A stretch of DNA of 64,000 bases from Candidatus Kaiserbacteria bacterium CG10_big_fil_rev_8_21_14_0_10_47_16 (GCA_002773395.1 PFBI01000006.1:156657-220656), one strand, 5' to 3'; counted from the stretch's first letter, positions 20,539 through 30,636 are shown. The notes: generated by a model not told the origin, from the letters alone. Made by a program: numbers and translations.

Positions 20539-21750
20539 ATGCCAGAAGAAAAAGCATCGGTCCTCGACCGCATTGTTTCTGCAGTAACCTCAAAGAATGA
20601 GAGTGACGCAGACGTAGCACCCGCTACACCAAAAGCATCTGAAGATGAAGAACCCGAAGATGCAGCAGACAAGAAGCTCAGTCTCATGCAAACATTGCTT
20701 GTAGACAGCCCGACACCTCCAAAGGAAGGTGACATTATTGAAGGTACCGTATCAGCAATTGGTCGCGCTCGTGTATACATCGACTTGCCACCATTTGGTA
20801 CTGGTCTCTTGTACGGACGTGAATTCATGAACGCTCGAGATATCCTCCGTAAGGTAGGTATCGGTGATAGTATCGCAGCGAAAGTTGTTGATGCTGGAAA
20901 CGAAGATGGCTACATTGAGCTTTCACTCAAGGAAGCTCGACAAGCACTCATCTGGAGTGATGCTGAAGCAGGTGCAAAGAATCAGACTGTCATGAGTCTT
21001 GAGGTCAAAGAAGCAAACAAGGGTGGTCTCATCCTTGATTGGCAAGGTATCCAAGGATTCCTCCCAGCGTCACAGCTTGCAGCTGAACACTACCCACGTG
21101 TTGAAGACGGTGATAAGGATAAAATCCTTTACGAACTTCAAAATCTCGTTGGTCAATTCCTTTCAGTAATTATCATTACTGCGGATCAGAAAGAAGGTAA
21201 GCTCATCTTCTCTGAAAAGGGGCCACAAGAAAAAGAAGAGAAGGAAGAGAAAGTACGAAACTACGAAGTTGGTGATACGCTCTCAGGAGAGATCACTGGT
21301 GTTGTAGACTTCGGTGTCTTCGTCAAGCTTGAGGAAGGACTTGAAGGTCTCGTACACATCTCAGAACTCGACTGGGGACTCGTTGAAGATACTCGCAGTA
21401 TGTACAAGGTTGGTGATCGCGTACAGGTGAAAGTGATTGAAGTAAAGGATGACAAGATTTCTCTCTCAATCAAACAGCTCCGCGAGAACCCTTGGGTATC
21501 TGCAGGAAACAAATACAAGAAAGAACAGGAAGTACAGGGTGTTATCATCAAGTACAACAAGCACGGTGCGCTCGCATCTATCGAGGAAGGTGTTGCTGGT
21601 CTCGTACACATCTCAGAATTTGAGAGTGAAGAAGATCTTAAGAACAAGCTTTCACTCGGACAGAGCTATCCGTTTACCATTACACTCTTTGAACCAAAGG
21701 AACAGCGTATGACGCTTTCGTTTAAGAAAGAGGAGGAAGTGAAGAAGTAA
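20539..21750 (+). CDS. rpsA: 30S ribosomal protein S1 (four S1 domains)
   Basis: EANKGGL, GFLPASQL, VDFGVFV, EGLVHISEL, ISLSIKQLRENPW. Confidence 0.92.
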   Translation: MPEEKASVLDRIVSAVTSKNESDADVAPATPKASEDEEPEDAADKKLSLMQTLLVDSPTPPKEGDIIEGTVSAIGRARVYIDLPPFGTGLLYGREFMNARDILRKVGIGDSIAAKVVDAGNEDGYIELSLKEARQALIWSDAEAGAKNQTVMSLEVKEANKGGLILDWQGIQGFLPASQLAAEHYPRVEDGDKDKILYELQNLVGQFLSVIIITADQKEGKLIFSEKGPQEKEEKEEKVRNYEVGDTLSGEITGVVDFGVFVKLEEGLEGLVHISELDWGLVEDTRSMYKVGDRVQVKVIEVKDDKISLSIKQLRENPWVSAGNKYKKEQEVQGVIIKYNKHGALASIEEGVAGLVHISEFESEEDLKNKLSLGQSYPFTITLFEPKEQRMTLSFKKEEEVKK

Positions 21751-21759
21751 GGTACAGGA

Positions 21760-21804
21760 GAATACAAAAAGCCCCGCGCCTTTGGCGCGGGGCTTTTTGT
21801 ATTC
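21760..21804. terminator. Bidirectional terminator rpsA/pth
   Basis: gaatacaaaaagccccgcgcc-ttt-ggcgcggggctttttgtattc. Confidence 0.8.
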
Positions 21805-22383
21805 CTACGCGTTATACGCATTCATCGTTTTTGCAACACCCTCTTCCACAATCATCTTGAGCGCCGCAACCATGTCTGGCATGCGTGCCTCTAATCTCGA
21901 GCGTTCTCGCTTCGTGAAGTCCTTTAACACAAAATCAGCAATACGATCCCCTTTTGGTCGATGCGCGTTCCCAAAGAGTGAAACGGGGCAAATACCAACT
22001 CGCAGTCTGATGAATTCCTGTGAACCCAGTGAACGAACAACTGACTCAACACCATTATGTCCCCCACTTCCACGCCCAACACTTACCTTAAATGCGCCAA
22101 TGGGAATATCGAGATCATCGTGTACCACAATAATACTATCTGCGTCAGATACTGCCTTTTTTACCGATGCGCCACTCGCATTCATAAAAGTATTCGGAAG
22201 AAGTACTCGAACGTTCGTACCTGAGAGAGTCCCCTCGGACATATCCGCGACGAGCGCGCTCGAAGGCACAAAGTTTGGGAGACCGACAGTTTCCACAAAA
22301 CTGGCTACGACGAGCGCACCAGCATTGTGTCGTGTGTTTGCGTACGGAGGAGTAGGGTTTCGAAGTCCAACAATTGTGTACAT
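21805..22383 (-). CDS. pth: Peptidyl-tRNA hydrolase
   Basis: IVGLRNP..YANTRHNAG, PNTFMNASG, VVHDDLD, GGHNG, RLRVGI. Confidence 0.93.
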   Translation of the reverse strand: MYTIVGLRNPTPPYANTRHNAGALVVASFVETVGLPNFVPSSALVADMSEGTLSGTNVRVLLPNTFMNASGASVKKAVSDADSIIVVHDDLDIPIGAFKVSVGRGSGGHNGVESVVRSLGSQEFIRLRVGICPVSLFGNAHRPKGDRIADFVLKDFTKRERSRLEARMPDMVAALKMIVEEGVAKTMNAYNA

Positions 22384-22461
22384 ATGTGTACTTGTATTGT
22401 ACACGATTTGCATAAACTTGCTCCTATCAGAGCAAGCGACTATAATGGTCTACATTCAACT

Positions 22462-23106
22462 ATGGAACAGCCACTACACAGTACCGTTGAAGCAAAAGAC
22501 AGTGCTGTTACCCCTGTATCCAGTCCCCTATCACCTAAAGAAAAGAAAGAACCGTCATTTCTCGGCGAATTCTTTCGTTTCTCTCTTATTGCAATCATCA
22601 TTGTGGTACCCATCCGTTTCTTTGTTGCACAACCATTTATTGTTTCTGGCGCATCAATGGAAAACACGTTTGAAACCGGCGAATACCTCATCGTTGATCA
22701 AGTGACCTACAAGCTCTCTGAGCCAAGTCGCGGTGACGTCATTGTATTTCACTACCCGAAAGATCCTTCAAAGTTCTACATCAAGCGTGTTATTGGTCTT
22801 CCGGGCGACACCGTATCTATAGTCGATGCGCAGGTAACCATCACGAACACCGAACACCCTGAAGGAGTGGTTCTCGATGAACCATACATCAAGCATATGT
22901 CCCCCGCAGCACCCTCATCAGTCACACTCGGTACCGACGAATACTTCGTTATGGGTGACAATCGCGACAAGAGTTCTGACTCCCGCATATGGGGAGTGCT
23001 CACACGTGAGGGCATTGTCGGTCGCGCATACCTCAGACTCTTCCCGATCACAAACGCTGCATACCTCCCCGGAACATACGATATCAATAGCGAAGTTAAT
23101 CAATAA
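22462..23106 (+). CDS. lepB: Signal peptidase I
   Basis: VSGASM (catalytic Ser), YIKRVIGLPGD (catalytic Lys), YFVMGDNRDKSSDSRIWG. Confidence 0.95.
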   Translation: MEQPLHSTVEAKDSAVTPVSSPLSPKEKKEPSFLGEFFRFSLIAIIIVVPIRFFVAQPFIVSGASMENTFETGEYLIVDQVTYKLSEPSRGDVIVFHYPKDPSKFYIKRVIGLPGDTVSIVDAQVTITNTEHPEGVVLDEPYIKHMSPAAPSSVTLGTDEYFVMGDNRDKSSDSRIWGVLTREGIVGRAYLRLFPITNAAYLPGTYDINSEVNQ

Positions 23107-23110
23107 ATCT

Positions 23111-24277
23111 ATGTCACTCATTTCTTCAGTTGATTTTCTCAAGCACGGCGTAAACACGATTAGACATTTTGGATTTAAATCAGTCGATGAACTCAAAAAC
23201 GACCCGCTCTGCAGAGAATGTAAAAAAAGAGTTGATGACAAAACATCCGCTGTCGACAAACGTGTAGACGGTCTTCATGGCATGCTCACGGGCGGCGCTG
23301 CAACATACTTCGGCAGTCGATTGAATGCAATTGAAGGACCAGTACTTTTCTATACAACAGAAACCGTTCCGCGCACCGGAGACGCTGCCCTCTCTCTCCA
23401 CATATTTGGTGTAGAAAAGAGCATCGCTGAAGCGCTCCTTATTCAAACAATGCGCGCACTCGCAAATGAAAGCGGTTTCCCGAACCACAGTGTCCGCATC
23501 AATTCCCTTGGAGACGATGACTCCGTAGCGCGCTACACGCGTGAACTCACAAACTATCTTCGAAAGCGTGCCGACGTATTGCCTCCTGCTGCGCGTGAAC
23601 TCATGAAGGAACATGCATTCTCAGCACTCATGCACCTTATCGAACGTGATGACGAACTCGCACGCAAGAGTCCAAACTCTCTTGAGTATCTCAGTGACCC
23701 AAGTCGAAAACATTTTCGCGAGATTATCGAATACCTCGATATGAGTCAAACCCCATACGAAATTGATTCATCACTCATCGGACACCACCAGTGTTACTCA
23801 GATGCACTCTTTGCATTTGACCTCTTTGATGAAGAATCAAACAAACTCAAAGAACAACCACTCTACATCCGCGGTGGCCGATACGGCACCTTTGTAAAAC
23901 GAATGAGCGGACTCACGGTACCCGCAGTATCTGCAGTCGCAGTCCTTCGTGATAAGAAAGCTCCGACCCACCTTCCGAAGATGAAGATACCTACACCATC
24001 AGTCTTTGTGGTACAGCTTGGCTTTGGACCAAAAATAAAAAGTCTCCTTCTCATCAACGAACTCCGTGAAGCAGGTATTCCAGTATTCCAAAATCTCACC
24101 AGCGACTCACTTTCAGGACAACTCCTTGAAGCTGCAGAACGCAATACACGCTTTGCACTCATTGTCGGACAGAAAGAATTTATTGACGACAGTGTTATAC
24201 TGCGAGATCTCCACGCACAATCACAAGAAAGCGTCCCTATCAGTGGCATCGTACGGCGTCTCCAGCGCGTTCTCTAG
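23111..24277 (+). CDS. Histidyl-tRNA synthetase-like paralog with degenerate catalytic motifs
   Basis: INSLGD, RGGRYG, C-terminal HGTP anticodon-binding domain (ALIVGQKE..VILRDL); lacks the motif 2 FRxE and GLDYY. Start set at MSLISS. Confidence 0.7.
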   Translation: MSLISSVDFLKHGVNTIRHFGFKSVDELKNDPLCRECKKRVDDKTSAVDKRVDGLHGMLTGGAATYFGSRLNAIEGPVLFYTTETVPRTGDAALSLHIFGVEKSIAEALLIQTMRALANESGFPNHSVRINSLGDDDSVARYTRELTNYLRKRADVLPPAARELMKEHAFSALMHLIERDDELARKSPNSLEYLSDPSRKHFREIIEYLDMSQTPYEIDSSLIGHHQCYSDALFAFDLFDEESNKLKEQPLYIRGGRYGTFVKRMSGLTVPAVSAVAVLRDKKAPTHLPKMKIPTPSVFVVQLGFGPKIKSLLLINELREAGIPVFQNLTSDSLSGQLLEAAERNTRFALIVGQKEFIDDSVILRDLHAQSQESVPISGIVRRLQRVL

Positions 24278-24348
24278 AGAGAAAAGCCTCGTGATATACT
24301 AAAAACAAGGGTGGGTTATCACCTTTTATACATAGTTATATTTATAGT

Positions 24349-24759
24349 ATGAACAAGTTTTTTCAGCATATGCTTTGGGATACACACGCACTTCTCGTTG
24401 CACGTGTACTCATGGGAGGTATGTTTTTGCTCGCAGGTATCGATAAACTACAAAACATCGACGGCATCGCCCTCATGATTGCGGGCGCAGGTCTTCCTGC
24501 TGCCGGTCTCCTTGCATGGCTTTCAGGGATTTTTGAAGTACTTGCAGGAGCAGCAATTATCGTTGGGTATCACTTCCGCGAAGCTGCTGTGCTTCTCGCC
24601 CTCTTCACATTGGTGGTAGCGTTTCTCTTTCATACCCCAACCTCATGGACAGAGAGTCCAATCCAGAAAGTATTCTTTATGAAAGACATGGCGATCTTTG
24701 CAGGTCTCCTCTTTATGGCCGCACACGGATCAGGAAATACGTGGAAGGTACGAAAGTAA
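24349..24759 (+). CDS. DoxX family membrane protein
   Basis: ARVLMGGMFLLAGIDKL, FEVLAG, FLFH, FMKDMAIFAGLL. Confidence 0.88.
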   Translation: MNKFFQHMLWDTHALLVARVLMGGMFLLAGIDKLQNIDGIALMIAGAGLPAAGLLAWLSGIFEVLAGAAIIVGYHFREAAVLLALFTLVVAFLFHTPTSWTESPIQKVFFMKDMAIFAGLLFMAAHGSGNTWKVRK

Positions 24760-24767
24760 CCGATATG

Positions 24768-24806
24768 TATATAAAAGGCCGAGAGCGAAGCTCTCGGCCT
24801 TTTATA
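24768..24806. terminator. Bidirectional terminator
   Basis: tataaaaggccgagagc-gaa-gctctcggccttttata. Confidence 0.75.
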
Positions 24807-24819
24807 ATACGTTTCTATA

Positions 24820-25839
24820 TTATCCTTTGTCTTCTGATGCGTTGTACTTTCCTTGTTGTGCGAGACTGTTCATTTTTGTGCGATAGAGCAATGCTTGTTG
24901 TGCTTTCTCGATGTTTCCATCTTTTCCCTGCCATGCGGTCAAGACCGGTTCCTCAAGTGCGCGAGAAAACGATGACGAGATTGGCCATGGCTGCTTCCCC
25001 ATTTTTGCAATCGCATGTAAATTTTCGGTTGCACGTTTTGGTGCCTGCCCACCGGACAGAAATACGATACCCCCGACGTCATGCGGAACCCCGAGCCGTA
25101 GTGTGCGGAGCGTACTATCAGCAACCTCTTCTGGTGTAGACGGTGTCTTGTACATATCTCCCGCAAGTACCATCGATGTTTTGAGAATAAGACCTTTGAA
25201 GTCAACACGGTACATACGAAGTTTCGTAAACAATATTTGTAGCGCACGTGTTGTTACTTCTTCGGCACGTTGTAGGGAATGGTTGCCTGCAAAGATAACT
25301 TCCGGCTCAACCATTGGAACAATACCTGCAGCCTGCGCGAGCGCAGCATAGCGTGCAAGCATGATTGCGTTTATCTCCAAACACTCGTCCGATGGGAGTG
25401 TGTCTCCGTCGATAGTAATGACCGCCCGCCACTTGGCAAACCGTGCACCGAGCGTGTAATACTCCTTAAATCGGTCGGCGAGACCATCGAGTCCTTCGGT
25501 CACCACTTCTCCATCAAATCCTTCAAGTGGTACCGTGCCGGTATCAACCTTTATTCCTGGAATAATACCGCGAGCGGCAAGTACGTCAGCAAACGGCACT
25601 CCACCTTTTGTTTCTCCTCGTATGGTTGAGTCGTATAAAATAACACCCGAGAGATACTCCTCAATGCCTGGTGCAGTAAAAAGGAGTTCACGAAACGCAC
25701 GACGATGTTCAATTTCATTTGGAAGATGGACCATTTCGAGTCGCTTTCCTGCAGTCCCATCACTCTCATCTGCAGCAAGAATTCCCTTACCGCTCTCCAT
25801 CATCTGTGCAACAATTTTATAAAGATCGTTTTGATTCAT
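24820..25839 (-). CDS. Fructose-bisphosphate aldolase class I (eukaryote-type family)
   Basis: GKGILAADES, PGIKVD, FAKWRAV, VPMVEPEV, LILKTSMV, VFLSGGQ, SFSRAL. Confidence 0.95.
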   Translation of the reverse strand: MNQNDLYKIVAQMMESGKGILAADESDGTAGKRLEMVHLPNEIEHRRAFRELLFTAPGIEEYLSGVILYDSTIRGETKGGVPFADVLAARGIIPGIKVDTGTVPLEGFDGEVVTEGLDGLADRFKEYYTLGARFAKWRAVITIDGDTLPSDECLEINAIMLARYAALAQAAGIVPMVEPEVIFAGNHSLQRAEEVTTRALQILFTKLRMYRVDFKGLILKTSMVLAGDMYKTPSTPEEVADSTLRTLRLGVPHDVGGIVFLSGGQAPKRATENLHAIAKMGKQPWPISSSFSRALEEPVLTAWQGKDGNIEKAQQALLYRTKMNSLAQQGKYNASEDKG

Positions 25840-25869
25840 ACAAAAATAATATCATGCTTACTGCACTCG

Positions 25870-26688
25870 CTACGCGCGGATTTTCCACCCGATCTTAAAG
25901 AGGTATGTCACGAGTGCTGCGAGACCTACAAGCAGACCCCCAATAACGAGTAGTCCAACCCCCGGATTTGCTTCACTCACACCAATCATTGAACTACGGA
26001 TACCATCCACAAAATAGAAGAACGGATTGATGTGTGTCAGAAGCTGTGCAGATTGCGGAAGCATCGTCACTGAATAGAAGATACCGCCGAGATACGTAAA
26101 CGGGGTGATGATAAAGGTATTGAGAATAGTAAGTTGTTCAAAGCCGTCTGCCCACAATGCCACCAACATACCAAGCAGTGAAAAGATTCCAGAAACGGCA
26201 ATCACGTACAGTACAAATCCAATAGGATTAACGAGCGTCACTGCGCCGAAGAAGAGTCCGACAACGAGAATAAGGAACGCAACAATAAGTGCTCGAAGGA
26301 CTGCACCGAACATATATCCAAAAATCATTTCCACATACGAGAACGGTGCGAGAAGAATTTCTTCAATACCTTTTACAAAGCGTGCGAAGTAAAGTGATGA
26401 AGAACTACTCGAGAATGACGCATTGATAATACTGAGCATCAAAATACCCGGAAACACGAACGTGATGTACGGAACCCCTACAATATTTTCAATACGTGAA
26501 CCAACCACAAACCCGAAGATGAATATGTATAGTGTCGCCGAAATAACCGGTGCGAGTACCGTCTGTACAACAACGCGCATCGTTCGTTCAACTTCACGTC
26601 GTACCATCGTATAGACTCCTATCCAGTTTACCCCGTTAGAAATTATTGAGCGGTTTCTTTTGTTTTCAATATTTTGTGTGTTGTTCAT
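25870..26688 (-). CDS. ABC-2 type permease (YadH-like), N-terminus supplied by an inserted element
   Basis: REVERTMRVVVQTVLAPVIS, YITFVFPG, ITPFTYLGGIFYS, NPFFYFVDGIR. Confidence 0.88.
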   Translation of the reverse strand: MNNTQNIENKRNRSIISNGVNWIGVYTMVRREVERTMRVVVQTVLAPVISATLYIFIFGFVVGSRIENIVGVPYITFVFPGILMLSIINASFSSSSSSLYFARFVKGIEEILLAPFSYVEMIFGYMFGAVLRALIVAFLILVVGLFFGAVTLVNPIGFVLYVIAVSGIFSLLGMLVALWADGFEQLTILNTFIITPFTYLGGIFYSVTMLPQSAQLLTHINPFFYFVDGIRSSMIGVSEANPGVGLLVIGGLLVGLAALVTYLFKIGWKIRA

Positions 26689-26730
26689 ACTTATGTACAT
26701 TGACGCTTTTGATAATTTCTAACGGGGTTA
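26630..26730. mobile_element. MITE-like ~101 bp insertion with 17 bp terminal inverted repeats
   Basis: accccgttagaaattat (26630-26646) and ataatttctaacggggt (26712-26728); removal restores ATG GGA ATA AAC TGG (MGINW). Confidence 0.7.
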
Positions 26731-26741
26731 ATTCCCATACG

Positions 26742-27485
26742 CTAAAATGTTTCTCCTTTAGTAATTTCTAAATACCGTTGTTCAAGCGACTTTCCACCTG
26801 CAATAAACTCATTTTTTGTCCCTTCTGCAATAATCTTTCCATTGTTAATGATAGCAATGTCATTACAAAGCATCTCAATCTCTTCAAGATAGTGTGACGT
26901 CAAAATGATAGTCTTGCCTCGCTGCTCATTGAGCTCACGGAGATACGCCCAGAGTTCATGACGCTGCTCTACATCCACTCCTGCCGTTGGTTCATCAAGG
27001 ATAAGGAGATCTGGCGCATGCACGAGTCCGCGCGCAAGCATGACACGACGCTTCAATCCTCCTGAGAGGTGCTGAAACTTTTTGTTGCGGTGTGCTTCTA
27101 AATCAAAGCGTGCAATGAGTTCATCAATGCGAGATTGCCGTTCACGCTTCGGCATACCGTAGTAGCCACCAACATAATCGAGGAGCTGATCAGGTGTTGA
27201 GAAGATATCTACATTGAACTCCTGTGGTGAGAGACCGACTTTTTTACGGGCAGTCTTGTACTCTTTCACTACATCAGTACCATCAATCATAATTGAACCG
27301 CTTGTTATCTTTGCAATTCCGGTAATGCAGTGAATCGTACTTGATTTCCCTGCACCATTTGGACCAAGTAAACCAAAAAATGCACCCCGTGGGATACGGA
27401 GTGAAAGGTCTGCGACCGCGGTCTTATCGCCATACTTCTTTACAAGGTGATCGATCACCAAAATATCATCTGTTGCCTTTTGCAT
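26742..27485 (-). CDS. ABC transporter ATP-binding protein (YadG-like)
   Basis: GPNGAGKS, LSGGLKRR, LILDEPTAGVD, TSHY. Confidence 0.93.
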   Translation of the reverse strand: MQKATDDILVIDHLVKKYGDKTAVADLSLRIPRGAFFGLLGPNGAGKSSTIHCITGIAKITSGSIMIDGTDVVKEYKTARKKVGLSPQEFNVDIFSTPDQLLDYVGGYYGMPKRERQSRIDELIARFDLEAHRNKKFQHLSGGLKRRVMLARGLVHAPDLLILDEPTAGVDVEQRHELWAYLRELNEQRGKTIILTSHYLEEIEMLCNDIAIINNGKIIAEGTKNEFIAGGKSLEQRYLEITKGETF

Positions 27486-27509
27486 GGCTATAGCATAGCA
27501 TGGCGATGC

Positions 27510-28253
27510 ATGACAGACGAAGAAACGTGGATACTCCGAGATAAATATAACGGCCAGAAATGCGAAGCATTTCTGGCCGACGTAAAACGCCTCAACGGAG
27601 GCGAGCCATTAGGGTATATCATCGGGTATGTCCCCTTTCTTGATACAAAGATATTCCTTGATTCAAAACCACTCATTCCACGTTCCGAAACAGAATTCTG
27701 GACACATACCGTCATCCAAGATATCGAAACAAAAGCCCCGCATATCCTCGATTTGTGCGCAGGCTCGGGATGCATTGGTATTGCACTTGCGAAGCATTTC
27801 GACCACGCACTCGTTGAGTTTGCAGAAATTGAACAAACGCATCACAAAACCATCAGACGCAATCTGGAAGAAAATGGAATTGATAGCACCACCGTACCTA
27901 TATACGGAGGGAGCTTATTTGAGGAAATACCCACAACGAAACAATACGATCTGATCGTGAGTAATCCGCCCTACATAGATCCTGCACTTGATCGCACGGA
28001 GTCATCTGTACGTAATTTTGAGCCACAGGTTGCACTCTACGGTGGTGAGCGTGGTTTGGTGCTCATTGAGCAAATTATCGCCGAGAGTCCGCAACACCTC
28101 ACCGTTGGCGGTGTCCTTTATATCGAACATGAACCTGAGCACGTAGAAGACATTGAACGCCTCGGTGCCACGTTCGGTTTTACTGTAGAAGTACACCCCG
28201 ACCAGTACGGGGTAAAAAGATATTCAAAACTCACGTACACGAGTTCCCTTTAG
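27510..28253 (+). CDS. prmC: Release factor glutamine methyltransferase
   Basis: GEPLGYIIG, LIPRSETE, LDLCAGSGCI, SNPPY. Confidence 0.92.
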   Translation: MTDEETWILRDKYNGQKCEAFLADVKRLNGGEPLGYIIGYVPFLDTKIFLDSKPLIPRSETEFWTHTVIQDIETKAPHILDLCAGSGCIGIALAKHFDHALVEFAEIEQTHHKTIRRNLEENGIDSTTVPIYGGSLFEEIPTTKQYDLIVSNPPYIDPALDRTESSVRNFEPQVALYGGERGLVLIEQIIAESPQHLTVGGVLYIEHEPEHVEDIERLGATFGFTVEVHPDQYGVKRYSKLTYTSSL

Positions 28254-28270
28254 TATGGCAAAATAGTCAT

Positions 28271-28489
28271 ATGCAGACAGATGCTTCCCTCACGACCCTC
28301 ATACAACTCGGCGCGCAGGGAATTTTTTATATTCTCTTACTTATCTTTGCGATCCATCTTCTCATTCTGAGCTATCACTGGTTTACGTACGGAACGAGTC
28401 GTGCGTCAGGTCTCACGGCACTCTTTATATATCTCGGCGGTTCCGTACTCTGTTTCAGCATCATGTTGGTAAGCCTCAGCGCCCTTTAA
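28271..28489 (+). CDS. Small two-TM hypothetical protein
   Basis: 72 aa hydrophobic ORF with ILSYHW motif, in operon context. Confidence 0.65.
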   Translation: MQTDASLTTLIQLGAQGIFYILLLIFAIHLLILSYHWFTYGTSRASGLTALFIYLGGSVLCFSIMLVSLSAL

Positions 28490-28499
28490 TTTCTCCGTC

Positions 28500-29063
28500 A
28501 TGATTTTCGACAAAATACAATTTGAATCCGATGAAAAGATACTCGTTTCGACCCGCAGACATTGGTTTGTGCTTTTTGTTGACTTCTTCGGTCTCGTTCT
28601 CATGGCAGTCACTCCACTGATTCTCCTTCTTGTCATAAACATTTCAACGCTCCCTATTGGGAACCTCCTTACAACGTACACTCCGATACTTAGTTTTCTC
28701 TATGCGGTATGGATCTTACTACTCTGGATCAGTGCATTTAACGCATGGACCAACTATTACCTCGACCTTGTCACCATCACCAATCGTCGCGTTATCGTCA
28801 TAAATCAAAAAGGATTTTTTCGACGAAGTCTCTCGAGCTTCAGACTCGAACGCCTGCAAGATATGAACGTTGAAATCAATGGTCTTATTGAAACCATGCT
28901 TGATTTCGGAGAGCTCCACGCAGAAACCGCTGGTGCCGATGATGATGAATTCCGTATTACGGGAATGCCAAACCCTCGCAACCTTAAATCAATCATTGTA
29001 AAAGCATCAGACGACATGCTCGACAAGTACCGTGTTCCAACGAGCGTTATCGACGGAGTGTAA
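28500..29063 (+). CDS. Membrane protein with bacterial PH domain
   Basis: DEKILVSTRRHW, two TMs, ITNRRVIVINQKGFF, LQDM, DFGEL..ETAG. Confidence 0.8.
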   Translation: MIFDKIQFESDEKILVSTRRHWFVLFVDFFGLVLMAVTPLILLLVINISTLPIGNLLTTYTPILSFLYAVWILLLWISAFNAWTNYYLDLVTITNRRVIVINQKGFFRRSLSSFRLERLQDMNVEINGLIETMLDFGELHAETAGADDDEFRITGMPNPRNLKSIIVKASDDMLDKYRVPTSVIDGV

Positions 29064-29105
29064 TCCTGAAGCAAGAAGTGAGTGCTACAATATGCATATT
29101 ATTCT

Positions 29106-29792
29106 ATGCCGGTCTTTCTCATAGCATTTCTCGGTGGTCTCATTCCAGCTCTCTTCTGGCTGTGGTTCTGGTTGCGAGAAGATAAAGCTCGTCCAGAACC
29201 GCGCCTCCTTATCTTTTCATCGTTCGTTGCCGGCATGCTCGTGGTACCACTTGTACTTCCGCTTCAACAATTTGCTGTCGAACGCTTTGTCGGTGACAAC
29301 CTCATCTTTGTCTGGGTGGTTATTGAGGAAGTCCTCAAGTACAGCGCGGCGCTCCTCGTTGTACTTTGGAACAAAGAAGTGGATGAACCCATTGATTGCA
29401 TCATTTACATGATCACCATTGCACTCGGTTTCTCTGCAGTGGAGAACGCTCTCTTTCTCTTCGCACCACTCACACACGGCGATACAATCAACTCTCTCCT
29501 CACGAGTAACTTCCGTTTCTTAGGTGCAACACTCCTGCATATTCTTGCATCAGGTACTGTAGGAGTCGCGATGGCACTCTCATTTTATAAGCGAGACATC
29601 ACAAGAATCATCTATGCTACAGTAGGGTTATGCATAGCCATCGTATTGCATGCTCTTTTTAACTTTTTTATAATGAGAGCAAGCGGAGGATCAATCCTCA
29701 GCGTCTTCTTTTTTGTCTGGATTGGAATTATTGTTCTATTCTTCCTCTTTGAAAAAGTAAAATTCCTCGAACGGTACAAACATATCATTTAA
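29106..29792 (+). CDS. PrsW family intramembrane metalloprotease
   Basis: REDK.RPEP, IEEVLK, ALGFSAVEN, LLH, LHALFN. Confidence 0.9.
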   Translation: MPVFLIAFLGGLIPALFWLWFWLREDKARPEPRLLIFSSFVAGMLVVPLVLPLQQFAVERFVGDNLIFVWVVIEEVLKYSAALLVVLWNKEVDEPIDCIIYMITIALGFSAVENALFLFAPLTHGDTINSLLTSNFRFLGATLLHILASGTVGVAMALSFYKRDITRIIYATVGLCIAIVLHALFNFFIMRASGGSILSVFFFVWIGIIVLFFLFEKVKFLERYKHII

Positions 29793-29802
29793 TTTGTTCA
29801 TT

Positions 29803-30288
29803 ATGAAAAAGCCATCATTCCTCGAACGCCTCACCGGTTCAACGCACACAGATCCGTACGAAGACGAGGATTTTGATGCTGTCGAAACATTCGAGGATGA
29901 CGTAACAGAGGAAGGAGCCGCCCATAGTACGTGGCAAGAAGAATCAATTCCCCAGCCAGAGGGGGAACTCCCTATTGATATGTACCAGACTGGTGACGCG
30001 ATCATCATCCGTGCGCTCGTCGCCGGAGTAAACCCAAGCGATCTCGATATCGCTATCACACGAGATATGGTAACGCTTCGCGGCAGTCGTGAAGAGATTC
30101 AAGAAGCACCAGACGAAAACTATTTCCACCGTGAACTCTTCTGGGGATCATTCTCACGAACCATTCTCCTTCCCGACGAAGTGGTTATCGACGAAGCTGA
30201 AGCTCGCGAGAAACATGGACTCCTCGAAATCATCTTGCCGAAGGTTGATAAGGACAGAAGTACGAAACTCAAAGTAGCAGTGAAGTAG
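29803..30288 (+). CDS. Hsp20/alpha-crystallin small heat shock protein
   Basis: LPIDMYQT, ELFWGSFSRTILLP, HGLLEIILPK. Confidence 0.92.
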   Translation: MKKPSFLERLTGSTHTDPYEDEDFDAVETFEDDVTEEGAAHSTWQEESIPQPEGELPIDMYQTGDAIIIRALVAGVNPSDLDIAITRDMVTLRGSREEIQEAPDENYFHRELFWGSFSRTILLPDEVVIDEAEAREKHGLLEIILPKVDKDRSTKLKVAVK

Positions 30289-30390
30289 AACAAAGGCCTC
30301 CCTTCGGGAGGCCTTTGTTCTTATATAAAAAAATATCCCGCCGCAGCGCTGGTGCGCTGGGCGGGGAATTTTGGTGGGCGGTATATGATT

Positions 30391-30636
30391 TTATTCATTG
30401 CCGCTCACCCTGATGGGTATTTGCTGGGTGAACTTACTGTTCTTCTTCTCCAGCTTTTTGCAGATCTTCCTCTGGAGGAAGTCTCCAGGACGAGAGCAAA
30501 CTTCGCTCTTGACCTGATGTCCAAGTTTCGGTCGGTGTTCCGGCTGCATTGACCAACCGACAAAGACTGCTACGGCGACAAGGGCCATGGCGGTCATCAC
30601 CGCTTTGAGGTTACCAAAGCCCGCTTGTGTGTTCAT
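30391..30636 (-). CDS. Small hypothetical membrane or secreted protein
   Basis: GAAGGAG SD before ATG 30636; MNTQAGF followed by a hydrophobic helix; two Cys; downstream hairpin. Confidence 0.5.
   Translation of the reverse strand: MNTQAGFGNLKAVMTAMALVAVAVFVGWSMQPEHRPKLGHQVKSEVCSRPGDFLQRKICKKLEKKNSKFTQQIPIRVSGNE

Noticed and set aside
22350-22383. Pth GLRNP instead of GLGNP as a sign of inactivation
   Set aside because: The catalytic Asn, His and Asp motifs (TRHN, HDDLD, GHNG) are intact and the ORF is full length.
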